Shown: positions 1 to 8,008 of the stretch, in pieces
How positions within the stretch are numbered: position 1 is the first letter of the stretch
Layout: each line of letters opens with the position of its first letter
DNA from: an uncultured Oscillospiraceae bacterium
GTDB taxonomy: Bacteria > Bacillota > Clostridia > Christensenellales > CAG-314
Length of the DNA stretch: 40,575 nt
Direction: 5' to 3'
Assembly: GCA_964521735.1 (NCBI GenBank)
Contig: CAZFTO010000006.1
Coordinates: 21,861-62,435 of the forward strand
Made by a program: the position numbers and the translations under genes
Notes under the pieces: generated by a model
Told to the model about the DNA's origin: nothing
Databases searched by the model: none
Seen by the model: the letters and a program-made list of their open reading frames with translations, nothing else

Positions 1-280
1 GACAAAAATTATCAAAAATTTTATTTTAATTGTGATAGCGGCTGATGATTGCCGCCGTTTAGAAATGTTCGTCTAGTTGTCTTGTGTAACAAGCGGCCGT
101 TTCAGATTATAACCGCTATAACGCAATGCTTGCTTATGTCTTTCGTATAAGGACAAACATTTCGTGTCAAGTTTTGAACAGTTTCGTTTTGCATTTTGTT
201 GTTTTGACCATATTCGGCATTTTTCGACAAAAATTATCAAAAATTTTATTTTAATTGTGATAGCGGCTGATGATTGCCGC
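1..280. repeat. 55-bp exact direct repeat (1-55 and 226-280)
   Basis: gacaaaaattatcaaaaattttattttaattgtgatagcggctgatgattgccgc occurs at 1-55 and 226-280; the first copy is cut by the window edge. Confidence 0.9.
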
Positions 281-522
281 TATTTTGCTTTTATGCTGAT
301 TGTTTCAATTTTTGGGGGCCGCGTGAGCGTTTTCATGACAGGTTGCTACTAAAAGTCCAAAAGTTTGCGCGACGTACCACGTTTTTGGCAGCCCTTTTTT
401 GATACACAACCTTTAGATAACTTTCGACATTTTTCGACATTTTTTGCAACACAAGGCGTTGCGACGAACAAGTTGAAAAACGCAAGAACCCACTCCAAAC
501 TGCGCCTTGTTTGAATTTGCCA

Positions 523-551
523 TTGACACCGCACGTCAAAAGGCGTATTAT
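523..551 (+). promoter_or_regulatory. sigma-A promoter of the PHP gene
   Basis: TTGACA (523-528), 17 bp, TATTAT (546-551); GAGGTG SD before ATG 568. Confidence 0.7.
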
Positions 552-567
552 AAACGCGAGGTGACAC

Positions 568-1341
568 ATGAAAAAAATTTTGCGTTGCGACACGCACGTG
601 CACACTGGATACAGCTTCGATAACGACACGCCCATGGCAAACTATCCGCAAAAGGCGTTAGAACTTGGAGTGGACGTGGTTTGCTTCACCGATCACATCG
701 ATTGCACACCCTATTTCAACACTTTTAACGATTTTGAATTTGGCCGTCGCGCGGAAGAATTTCACAAACTAAAAGCGCAATACGCTGGCAAAGTGAAATT
801 GCTTTTGGGCTTTGAAATGGGCGAACCACACCTCAATCCCAAAGAATTGGCTTTTTTGAAAAGTCTTGCACCAGACGTTATAATAGGTTCGGTTCATCGC
901 CCAGCCGACTACCTGCCACCGCGCCACTACACAAACCACGAATACGAACGCCTTTACGACAAGTGCGTGCAAGATATGGTTACGTTTGGCCAGTTTGACG
1001 TTTTGGGACACGTGGATATGCCAAAGCGCTATCACGAAGACTATCAAGAAGACACCGAAATGCTGCACAAAACGCTTAGGCTGTGTGTGAAAAATGGCAT
1101 AGTGCCAGAGCTGAACACTTCGCAACTGCGCTATGGCGGCGACTACACCTTGCCTAGCATAGAAAACGCCGCATACTACGCAAGTGTTGGAGGCAAACTT
1201 ATTTGCATTGGCAGCGACTGCCACGACGAAAGCATTTTGTGCGCCAACTTTGATGCAGTCGTGCAACAACTTCCGCAAGGCCTGGAAGTGTGCTACTTCG
1301 AAAACGGCAAACCGCAACTGCTGTGCGACCTAGAAAAATAG
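568..1341 (+). CDS. PHP-domain phosphatase, histidinol-phosphatase HisJ-like
   Basis: DTHVHT, FTDH, GSVH, GHVD, ELNTS and GSDCH metal-binding motifs; 257 aa. Confidence 0.85.
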   Translation: MKKILRCDTHVHTGYSFDNDTPMANYPQKALELGVDVVCFTDHIDCTPYFNTFNDFEFGRRAEEFHKLKAQYAGKVKLLLGFEMGEPHLNPKELAFLKSLAPDVIIGSVHRPADYLPPRHYTNHEYERLYDKCVQDMVTFGQFDVLGHVDMPKRYHEDYQEDTEMLHKTLRLCVKNGIVPELNTSQLRYGGDYTLPSIENAAYYASVGGKLICIGSDCHDESILCANFDAVVQQLPQGLEVCYFENGKPQLLCDLEK

Positions 1342-1529
1342 CGCAAACATGCAACAAACGTCGCACGCTGAAAACCGTGCAGTTGGCAAGTTTGTTAGGT
1401 TTGCAAAAATGGCATCGAAAGGCCTCGTTTTGCAAGGCAGACAAACAAATTGACGTCGCCAAGCCTGACCATCGCAGCAAAAAAAGCAAGCGGCAAAAGG
1501 GCCCCACAAACATTGGAAAACAAAAACGG

Positions 1530-1562
1530 AAAAGGGACAAGAAAAGTCCCTTTTGTTTTTTT
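1530..1562 (+). terminator. Rho-independent terminator
   Basis: aaaagggac/gtccctttt stem followed by T-rich tract. Confidence 0.6.
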
Positions 1563-1635
1563 AAAGCGACTGTGTGCGGGCAAAAGACAATTCAACAGCC
1601 GCTCGAAAAAATGGAAAATTTTTGAAGTTGTTCCA

Positions 1636-1664
1636 TTGCTTTTTGCCGCAACGGAATGTATAAT
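1636..1664 (+). promoter_or_regulatory. sigma-A promoter
   Basis: TTGCTT (1636-1641), 17 bp, TATAAT (1659-1664); AGGAG SD before GTG 1694. Confidence 0.65.
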
Positions 1665-1693
1665 AAGTTGGTAAACAACAGGAGAAAACTATC

Positions 1694-2422
1694 GTGAAAA
1701 AAATCGGCGTCATATCTGACGTGCACGGAAATTTGCAAGCATTGCAAGTTGCACTTGAACACTTAAAAAACGAAGGTTGTGAAGAAATTATCCACACCGG
1801 CGACGTGGTGGATATTGGCGCAAACTCGGCTGAATGTTTGCAGCTGTTGCTAGAAAATGGCGTGGTTTGCCTGATGGGCAATCACGACAGGGATTTTATG
1901 GAAAACAACGCCGTTCACAAGGTTGGTTCGCACGTTTCCGAACGACACAAGAAGCACGTTTTTGCTCAAGTGGAACACCGTCGCCAAGAAATTGAAAAAT
2001 TTCCAATGTTTGCAATGCGCATTTTGGGCAAGAAAAAGGTTGTTTTTGAACACTACTGCCGCTTGCAACAGCCAACGGACGGCAACGTGTTTGCTCCCAT
2101 TGTAAACAGCCCTACTGTGGAAATTTTTGACGAAATGTACGCCGACTACAACTGCGACGCGGTGTTTTTTGGGCACAAGCACGAACCGTGCGACTTTGTT
2201 GGTAAAAAACTATACGTAGACGTGGGCAGTGTGGGTTGTCATCCGCAATCTACCGCAAGGGGAATAATCATAAGCTACGACGACGAGAATTTCAGCTACC
2301 AACGGTTTGCTTTGCCCTACGATGTGGAACAAACCCACAAAGCAATGCGAGCCGTTCCGGACGGAGAATACCTGTTCGACTTCTACTTTTTGCACAAAAA
2401 GAACTTGCCGGAAAATTTTTAG
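1694..2422 (+). CDS. Calcineurin-like metallophosphoesterase
   Basis: SDVHGN, GDVVD, GNHD, GHKH and GSVG motifs. Confidence 0.9.
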   Translation: MKKIGVISDVHGNLQALQVALEHLKNEGCEEIIHTGDVVDIGANSAECLQLLLENGVVCLMGNHDRDFMENNAVHKVGSHVSERHKKHVFAQVEHRRQEIEKFPMFAMRILGKKKVVFEHYCRLQQPTDGNVFAPIVNSPTVEIFDEMYADYNCDAVFFGHKHEPCDFVGKKLYVDVGSVGCHPQSTARGIIISYDDENFSYQRFALPYDVEQTHKAMRAVPDGEYLFDFYFLHKKNLPENF

Positions 2423-2438
2423 GAATACGAGGCTTAAA

Positions 2439-3920
2439 ATGAAACTTTGTTTCGATAACGACAAATATTTGCAACTGCAATCGCAAAAAATTGCACAAAG
2501 GCTAGAAGAGTTTGGCGGCAAACTATACTTGGAGTTTGGCGGCAAACTGTTCGATGACTATCATGCAGCACGTGTTTTGCCGGGATTTTTGCCAGACAGC
2601 AAAATTACCATGCTTACCAAAATTGCCAACAAAGTGGAAGTTGTTATTGCTATAAGCGCGACGGATATTGCTAAGAACAAGGTGCGCGCGGATATCGGCA
2701 TCACCTACGACGAGGACGTTTTGCGTTTATACGACGAACTTACCAAACGTGGATTGTACGTTGGCAGCATTGTTATAACGCAATTTGACCAAAACAACCT
2801 TGCTGCGGTCAACTTCAAACACCGCTTGGAAAGTTTGGGCATAAAAGTTTACCGCCACTACCACATTGACGGCTACCCCTACAACGTGGGACACATTGTT
2901 TCCGACGAGGGTTTGGGCAAAAACGATTTTATTGAAACTTCGCGCAACATTGTTGTTGTAACTGCGCCGGGGCCGGGAAGCGGCAAAATGGCAACTTGCC
3001 TTTCGCAAATGTACCAAGAAAACAAGCGTGGCGTTCGTTGCGGTTACGCCAAATACGAAACGTTTCCTGTGTGGAACCTGCCCTTGACGCACCCTGTGAA
3101 CGTTGCATACGAAGCAGCTACTGCCGATTTGGACGACGTGAACATGATTGACCCATGGCATTTGCAGGCCTATGGCATTTCCGCCGTCAACTACAACCGA
3201 GACGTGGAAGTTTTCCCCGTTTTGAATGCCATTTTCAACAAGGTTATGGGGCGTTCGCCCTACAATTCCCCCACCGATATGGGGGTTAACATGGCGGGAT
3301 TTTGCATTTTCGACGACGACGCATGTTGCTACGCCGGCAGACAAGAAATTATCCGCCGCTACCTAAACGCAAAGGTTCAAGCACGCCGCGGCAAATGCGA
3401 CAACGGCGTTGTGGATAAACTGGATATTATACTTTCCAAACTTAATTTATGCGCCGAGGATAGAGAAACGGTGTTGCCGGCACGCTTGCACGCCCAAAAA
3501 ATGCAATCGGTTGCCGCTTGCCTTTCGCTTCCTGACGGTGAAAAAGTTTTTGCAAAAGCATCGGCATTGCTTTCGGCCAGTGCGGCGCTGCTATTGAACG
3601 CCGTGAAAAAACTTGCCAACTTGCCCGACGTGCGGCTTATTGCACCGCAAGCTTTGCAACCCATACAAAAACTCAAAAAACAAAATCTTGGCGAAAATAG
3701 CGCACAACTGCACGCGGACGAAGCGCTTATTGCCCTTTCCGTTTCCGCCTCGGTGAACCCACTGGCGGAATTGGCCCTGGATCAACTGACAAAACTTAAA
3801 AATTGTCAGGCGCACGTTACGGAAATTCCTTCTCATGCCGACGAGGCCGTGTTGCGCAAGTTGGGCGTTCAGCTAACTTCCGACGCCAACTATCCCAAAA
3901 ACCAAACTTATTTCGACTAG
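2439..3920 (+). CDS. DUF1846 (UPF0371) family protein with P-loop-like motif
   Basis: KLYLEFGGKLFDDYHAARVLPGF, TAPGPGSGKMATCLSQ, YNRDVEVFP and SPTDMGVNM are typical of this family; start set at ATG 2439 rather than the ORF-track 2307. Confidence 0.85.
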   Translation: MKLCFDNDKYLQLQSQKIAQRLEEFGGKLYLEFGGKLFDDYHAARVLPGFLPDSKITMLTKIANKVEVVIAISATDIAKNKVRADIGITYDEDVLRLYDELTKRGLYVGSIVITQFDQNNLAAVNFKHRLESLGIKVYRHYHIDGYPYNVGHIVSDEGLGKNDFIETSRNIVVVTAPGPGSGKMATCLSQMYQENKRGVRCGYAKYETFPVWNLPLTHPVNVAYEAATADLDDVNMIDPWHLQAYGISAVNYNRDVEVFPVLNAIFNKVMGRSPYNSPTDMGVNMAGFCIFDDDACCYAGRQEIIRRYLNAKVQARRGKCDNGVVDKLDIILSKLNLCAEDRETVLPARLHAQKMQSVAACLSLPDGEKVFAKASALLSASAALLLNAVKKLANLPDVRLIAPQALQPIQKLKKQNLGENSAQLHADEALIALSVSASVNPLAELALDQLTKLKNCQAHVTEIPSHADEAVLRKLGVQLTSDANYPKNQTYFD

Positions 3921-3961
3921 TCGCACGACCGCAGTTGCAACGGAAAACCTTTTTTCAAAAC

Positions 3962-3999
3962 AAAAACGCAAGGCCTTTTGCTGTGCCTTGCGTTTTTTT
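3962..3999 (+). terminator. Rho-independent terminator
   Basis: aaaaacgcaaggc/gccttgcgttttt stem plus T-tract. Confidence 0.7.
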
Positions 4000-4177
4000 G
4001 TGCATAAACATTTTGGCAGTTGTTGCCATATGGTTTGAATACCAAAACAATCTGTCACAATTCGTTTATCACAGCTATATTATAATTGCCAGACATTAGT
4101 GAAGTCCCGTCCCTTGCACTCCCAACATATTATCCAAAATTTTGCGTACTTCTTTGAACACGTTGCCCCCAAATAGC

Positions 4178-4211
4178 AAAAAACACGAAAGAATTTCTTT
4201 CGTGTTTTTTT
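4178..4211. terminator. Bidirectional terminator
   Basis: aaaaaacacgaaag/ctttcgtgtttttt perfect inverted repeat. Confidence 0.7.
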
Positions 4212-4325
4212 ATTTGGATTATATCACAACTTTTTGCAATTTGAGCAAAGGCTTATCACGCGTGTGAATTTTGCACGCCGTTTTTTTGCGTACAAACTGA
4301 TTTTGCGCAAAATAATTTTATGCCA

Positions 4326-5036
4326 CTAGGCAATTTCCAAAGCAAGCTTCATCATTTCGGTGAAACTGTTTTGGCGTTCTTCGGCGGAAAGAGCTTCGCC
4401 TGTTAGCAAGTGGTCACTTATGGTGCAAATGCAAAGTGCATTTTTGCCTGCGCGAGCGGCGTTAAGATACAATGCGGCGGATTCCATTTCCACTGCCAAA
4501 ACGCCCATTTTTCCCCAAACGGAAGATGCTTCCGACGGTTCGTCGGCATAGAACGTGTCGCTGGAAAGAATGTTGCCAACCTTATAGGCATAGCCCAATT
4601 CTTTTGCCGTTGCAACGGCTTTTTCCAACAAATCGTAGCTGCAAATGGGGGCAATTGTGCCGGGCATACCAAATTGACGAGCAAAATTGCTGTTGGTGCA
4701 GGCGCCTTGTCCGAAAACAAGATTTCTCACCTTCAAATCGGGGTGAATTGCTCCTGCGGAACCAATACGAATTATGTTTTCCACTCCGTAGAAGTTGTAG
4801 AGTTCGTAGCTATAAATACCAATGGACGGAATGCCCATTCCGCTAGCCATTACGGAAACTCTTTTGCCGTTATACGTGCCGGTGTAGCCTTGCACACCAC
4901 GAACGTTGTTAACAAGCACGGGGTCTTTCAAAAAGTGTTCGGCAATATACTTTGCGCGAAGCGGATCGCCGGGCATAAGCACGGTTTTTGCGAAATCGCC
5001 TTCTTTTGCGTTGATGTGAGGGGTGGGAATGGACAT
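4326..5036 (-). CDS. deoD: Purine nucleoside phosphorylase DeoD
   Basis: MSIPTPHINAK, PGDPLRAKYIAE, NNVRG, GMGIPS, RIGSAG, VEMESAALY; AAGGAG SD before ATG 5036. Confidence 0.95.
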   Translation of the reverse strand: MSIPTPHINAKEGDFAKTVLMPGDPLRAKYIAEHFLKDPVLVNNVRGVQGYTGTYNGKRVSVMASGMGIPSIGIYSYELYNFYGVENIIRIGSAGAIHPDLKVRNLVFGQGACTNSNFARQFGMPGTIAPICSYDLLEKAVATAKELGYAYKVGNILSSDTFYADEPSEASSVWGKMGVLAVEMESAALYLNAARAGKNALCICTISDHLLTGEALSAEERQNSFTEMMKLALEIA

Positions 5037-5085
5037 AGTTTTTTCTCCTTGTTTTTTGCTGTTGCGCTTTTGCGCTTGCCGTAAG

Positions 5086-5114
5086 ATTATACAGCCTATT
5101 CGAGTTGTTGTCAA
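5086..5114 (-). promoter_or_regulatory. Consensus sigma-A promoter of deoD
   Basis: minus-strand TTGACA (5114-5109), 17 bp, TATAAT (5091-5086). Confidence 0.85.
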
Positions 5115-5124
5115 GAGTGAAAAC

Positions 5125-5153
5125 AAACCAAAAACCGCCCGTTTGGACGGTTT
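5125..5153 (-). terminator. Terminator after pgmB
   Basis: minus-strand aaaccgtcc/gggcggttt stem followed by U-rich tract. Confidence 0.55.
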
Positions 5154-5281
5154 GGTAAAGAAATTGTTGCAAAGTTGCCTATGCAAGTTAGTTGTGTTTT
5201 GGCCCCGAACAGCACGCATTTGGGGCTTGTTTTATGCAAAACTAACGCAAGGCACTGAAAAGATGCAATTGGTGGCAGAAT

Positions 5282-5929
5282 TTAGCCGTTTAGTTTTTCC
5301 ACAACGGAAAGCAAATCGGCAAAGGTGCCCAGTGTGAAATGTGCGTTGCCGCTTTTTGCCGCTTCGCCAATGGCAACGGCTGTCATTCCGCCGTTTTTGG
5401 CCGCCGCTATGCCGGCATCGGCATCTTCCACAACAATGCAGTTTTGAGGCGGAACACCCACCTTTTGCGCCGCTTTTAGAAACACTTCGGGGTTGGGTTT
5501 GCCCAAAGTTAGTTCCGAACCATCCACAATGGCATCAAAACAATTTTCCAGCTGTGTTTTTTGCAAAATGATGCGGGCGTTTTTGCTGCCGCTACCAACT
5601 GCCAGCTTCAAGCCTTTTTGGCGCAAAACTTCCAACGTGTCGCGCACCTCTTGGGCAACGTCGGCGCCGGACATTGTTTGCAAATATTCCTTGTAGGTTT
5701 GGTTTTTTTCTTCCGCCAAGGCAAGTTGTTCTTCCTGCGAATATTGCTTGGAACTGTTTTCTAACACAAAACGCAAGCTATCCATGCGGGAAACGCCCAG
5801 CAGGCGTTTGTTCATTGTTCTGTCGAAAGGCACGCCGATTCTGTCGGCAAGCTTTTTCCATGCAAGATAATGAAATTCGTTTGTGCTAACTAGCACGCCG
5901 TCTAGGTCGAAAATGATGGCTTTTATCAC
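5282..5929 (-). CDS. pgmB: Beta-phosphoglucomutase (HAD family)
   Basis: FDLDGV, HYLAWK, GVSR, GSGSKNA, GKPNPEVFL, VEDA; directly downstream of GH65 genes. Confidence 0.9.
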   Translation of the reverse strand: MIKAIIFDLDGVLVSTNEFHYLAWKKLADRIGVPFDRTMNKRLLGVSRMDSLRFVLENSSKQYSQEEQLALAEEKNQTYKEYLQTMSGADVAQEVRDTLEVLRQKGLKLAVGSGSKNARIILQKTQLENCFDAIVDGSELTLGKPNPEVFLKAAQKVGVPPQNCIVVEDADAGIAAAKNGGMTAVAIGEAAKSGNAHFTLGTFADLLSVVEKLNG

Positions 5930-5947
5930 AATGCTACCTCTTTTTGC

Positions 5948-8008
5948 TTATTTTGTGCAGTTGAACTGCTTGTTTTTGATAATTATTTTGCCACGTTGAG
6001 TGTTTATTTGCAAGCGGTCAATTTGTTTTGGCAATGCCGAACCATCGCGCTTGCTTGCAAAACCTTCCGCAGCCGTCGTCCACGCGCCGCCGCATGCGGC
6101 AGGATGCGAACCGCCAATATAAACTTTGCCGGCAAACTTTTTGCCGCCGCCACGCAAATCGGTTGTGGCGGTTTGCTCGAACAACGAATACGCTTCGTCG
6201 GCGCGCCCTATTGCACAAGCACATCGTGCATAGGCCGAGGAAGACAAACTAGAACCGTGTTCGGTGTAGGGTAAATAAAAATCGTAGTTGGCCTGCTTCA
6301 CTTGAGCAGAAAACCTGCTAGGCAAAACGCAAAGCAGCGCCACCACGTCGGCTTGCTTAATCACCCTTGTGGGTGTTGCAACGCCACCGCTTCCGCCCCA
6401 ATATTCGTTGGGGTGCGCAAGCTTTTCTTTCACCTGTTGCACGCTTAAGTCCTGCAACTTGAAATATCCATCAAACTGTTCGATAACGCCGTTTTCGTTG
6501 GGCGCAGGCAAATACAAAAGCTTTTTTAGTTTGCGTATTTTGCGCAAAGCATCGGCATAGGTTTGGCGCAAATTCTCGTATACGGATGGGCTTTTTGCCT
6601 TCAAAATGGCCATTGCTTCCAAACAATCTTGGGCACATTGATGCGCCATGTAGTTGGTGTAGGCGTTATTGTTGACACGCTCGTGATATTCGTCCGGACC
6701 AATCACATCCAACAATTCCAAGCGGTTTTTATCCACGTTTAAATAGGCATAGCTCCAATAGAACAGCGCACATTCTATAAGCAGTTTTGCGCCGCCCTGT
6801 TCCAGCAAAGACAAATCTTTTGTTTGACGATAAACTTCAAACAGCGTAACGGCAACGTCGGCAGAAATGTGAATTTGCTTATCCCGAAAATAGGTGCGCA
6901 CCGGCCGCCCGGTGAAAACGTCGGTAACGTTAAAATCGCTGCACGCTTCTTGACCGTTTTGACTTTCCCACGGGAAAAACGCACCGTCAAAGCCATATTC
7001 CGCCGCCTTTTGTTTGGCGCCTTCCAAACCGGCAATGCGATAGCGAACCAGGCGTTTGGCCGTTTCCACGTCCGTTTGCAAATAGAAGGGAATCATGAAC
7101 ATTTCCGTATCCCAAAAGGCTGCTCCCTTGTAGGTTTGGCCAGAAAGTCCCCTTGCGGAAATTGATTGTCCTTCTTCGCTTGGAGCACATGCAATAAGCT
7201 GATATACGCTGTAATCCATGGCCAGTTGCAAGTTGTTTTGGTCACTTATTTTAACACGACTGCTCTTCCACTTGTTACGCCAAAACTCGTTGTTTTGAGC
7301 AAGCAAATTTTCGTAGCTAAGCGGAAGTTCCGCTTCCGTTTGTTTTTGTCCTTCGTGCCACAGAAAGCAAAATTTATCCACACAAAAAAAGTTTTGTGCA
7401 TGATATTCGGCAAAAACTTTTTGATTTTGGTAGCCGCTTTGGATTGCGACACAATCGGTTTGTGCAACCATTTTTACGCCCAGTTTTTTGCCTTCGTTGG
7501 TGATGCAAGATACTTCCAGCGGCGCCGTTTCCGTGACGGAAAAGTGATTGCCGCTGATGTTCCACACGTCGCAGTCGATGCCCAAAGTGGCAACAATTTG
7601 TGCATCTTCACACTGCACTTTTAGCCGCGAAACAAGCAAGTTTTGCCCGTTGCGAGCAAAAAACCTCTCGGAAAACACCCGCACCTTTTTGCCATTTACC
7701 ACAAAAGTGGTTTTGCGCGTGAAACTGCCGTTGCTTAAAATAAGTTTTTCCACGTGGGCAGTAGCCATATCTTCCGTCAAGCAAATGCCGTCCACGCACA
7801 GCTTCGTCCAAAGCGGATTGGGCATGTTGACGGGTTCGCGCCAGTTATCTTCGAACCTATCAAAAAAGCCGTTGGCAACAAGCGCCACGCACTGCGCTTT
7901 GTCGTTTTCTTCCAAAGTGCCACGATAGCCGTAGGACCCGTTGCCTATAATAAACTTATCTCCACGCGCAATTCTGTCGCACGCATAGCCGCGTTCTTTA
8001 ACAATCAT
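5948..8008 (-). CDS. GH65 alpha-glucoside phosphorylase (paralogue 2)
   Basis: ARGLSGQTYKGAAFWDTE, GPDEY (general acid), NNAYTN, KQAD, HGSSLS; short C-terminus; ATGA overlap with the upstream GH65. Confidence 0.9.
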   Translation of the reverse strand: MIVKERGYACDRIARGDKFIIGNGSYGYRGTLEENDKAQCVALVANGFFDRFEDNWREPVNMPNPLWTKLCVDGICLTEDMATAHVEKLILSNGSFTRKTTFVVNGKKVRVFSERFFARNGQNLLVSRLKVQCEDAQIVATLGIDCDVWNISGNHFSVTETAPLEVSCITNEGKKLGVKMVAQTDCVAIQSGYQNQKVFAEYHAQNFFCVDKFCFLWHEGQKQTEAELPLSYENLLAQNNEFWRNKWKSSRVKISDQNNLQLAMDYSVYQLIACAPSEEGQSISARGLSGQTYKGAAFWDTEMFMIPFYLQTDVETAKRLVRYRIAGLEGAKQKAAEYGFDGAFFPWESQNGQEACSDFNVTDVFTGRPVRTYFRDKQIHISADVAVTLFEVYRQTKDLSLLEQGGAKLLIECALFYWSYAYLNVDKNRLELLDVIGPDEYHERVNNNAYTNYMAHQCAQDCLEAMAILKAKSPSVYENLRQTYADALRKIRKLKKLLYLPAPNENGVIEQFDGYFKLQDLSVQQVKEKLAHPNEYWGGSGGVATPTRVIKQADVVALLCVLPSRFSAQVKQANYDFYLPYTEHGSSLSSSAYARCACAIGRADEAYSLFEQTATTDLRGGGKKFAGKVYIGGSHPAACGGAWTTAAEGFASKRDGSALPKQIDRLQINTQRGKIIIKNKQFNCTK

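Noticed and set aside
36-55. CTGATGA as a hammerhead or fluoride-riboswitch core
   Set aside because: It sits in the loop of a simple hairpin; the other required stems and motifs are not evident
422-441. Short tttcgacatt doublet as an operator
   Set aside because: Too short and unsupported by any adjacent regulator
2307-2438. ORF-track N-terminal extensions (also 5037-5219, 13702-13911, 24193-24324, 31223-31573, 34631-34660, 38240-38299)
   Set aside because: They overlap upstream genes or promoters; downstream starts have SD sites, signal peptides or family-typical N-termini
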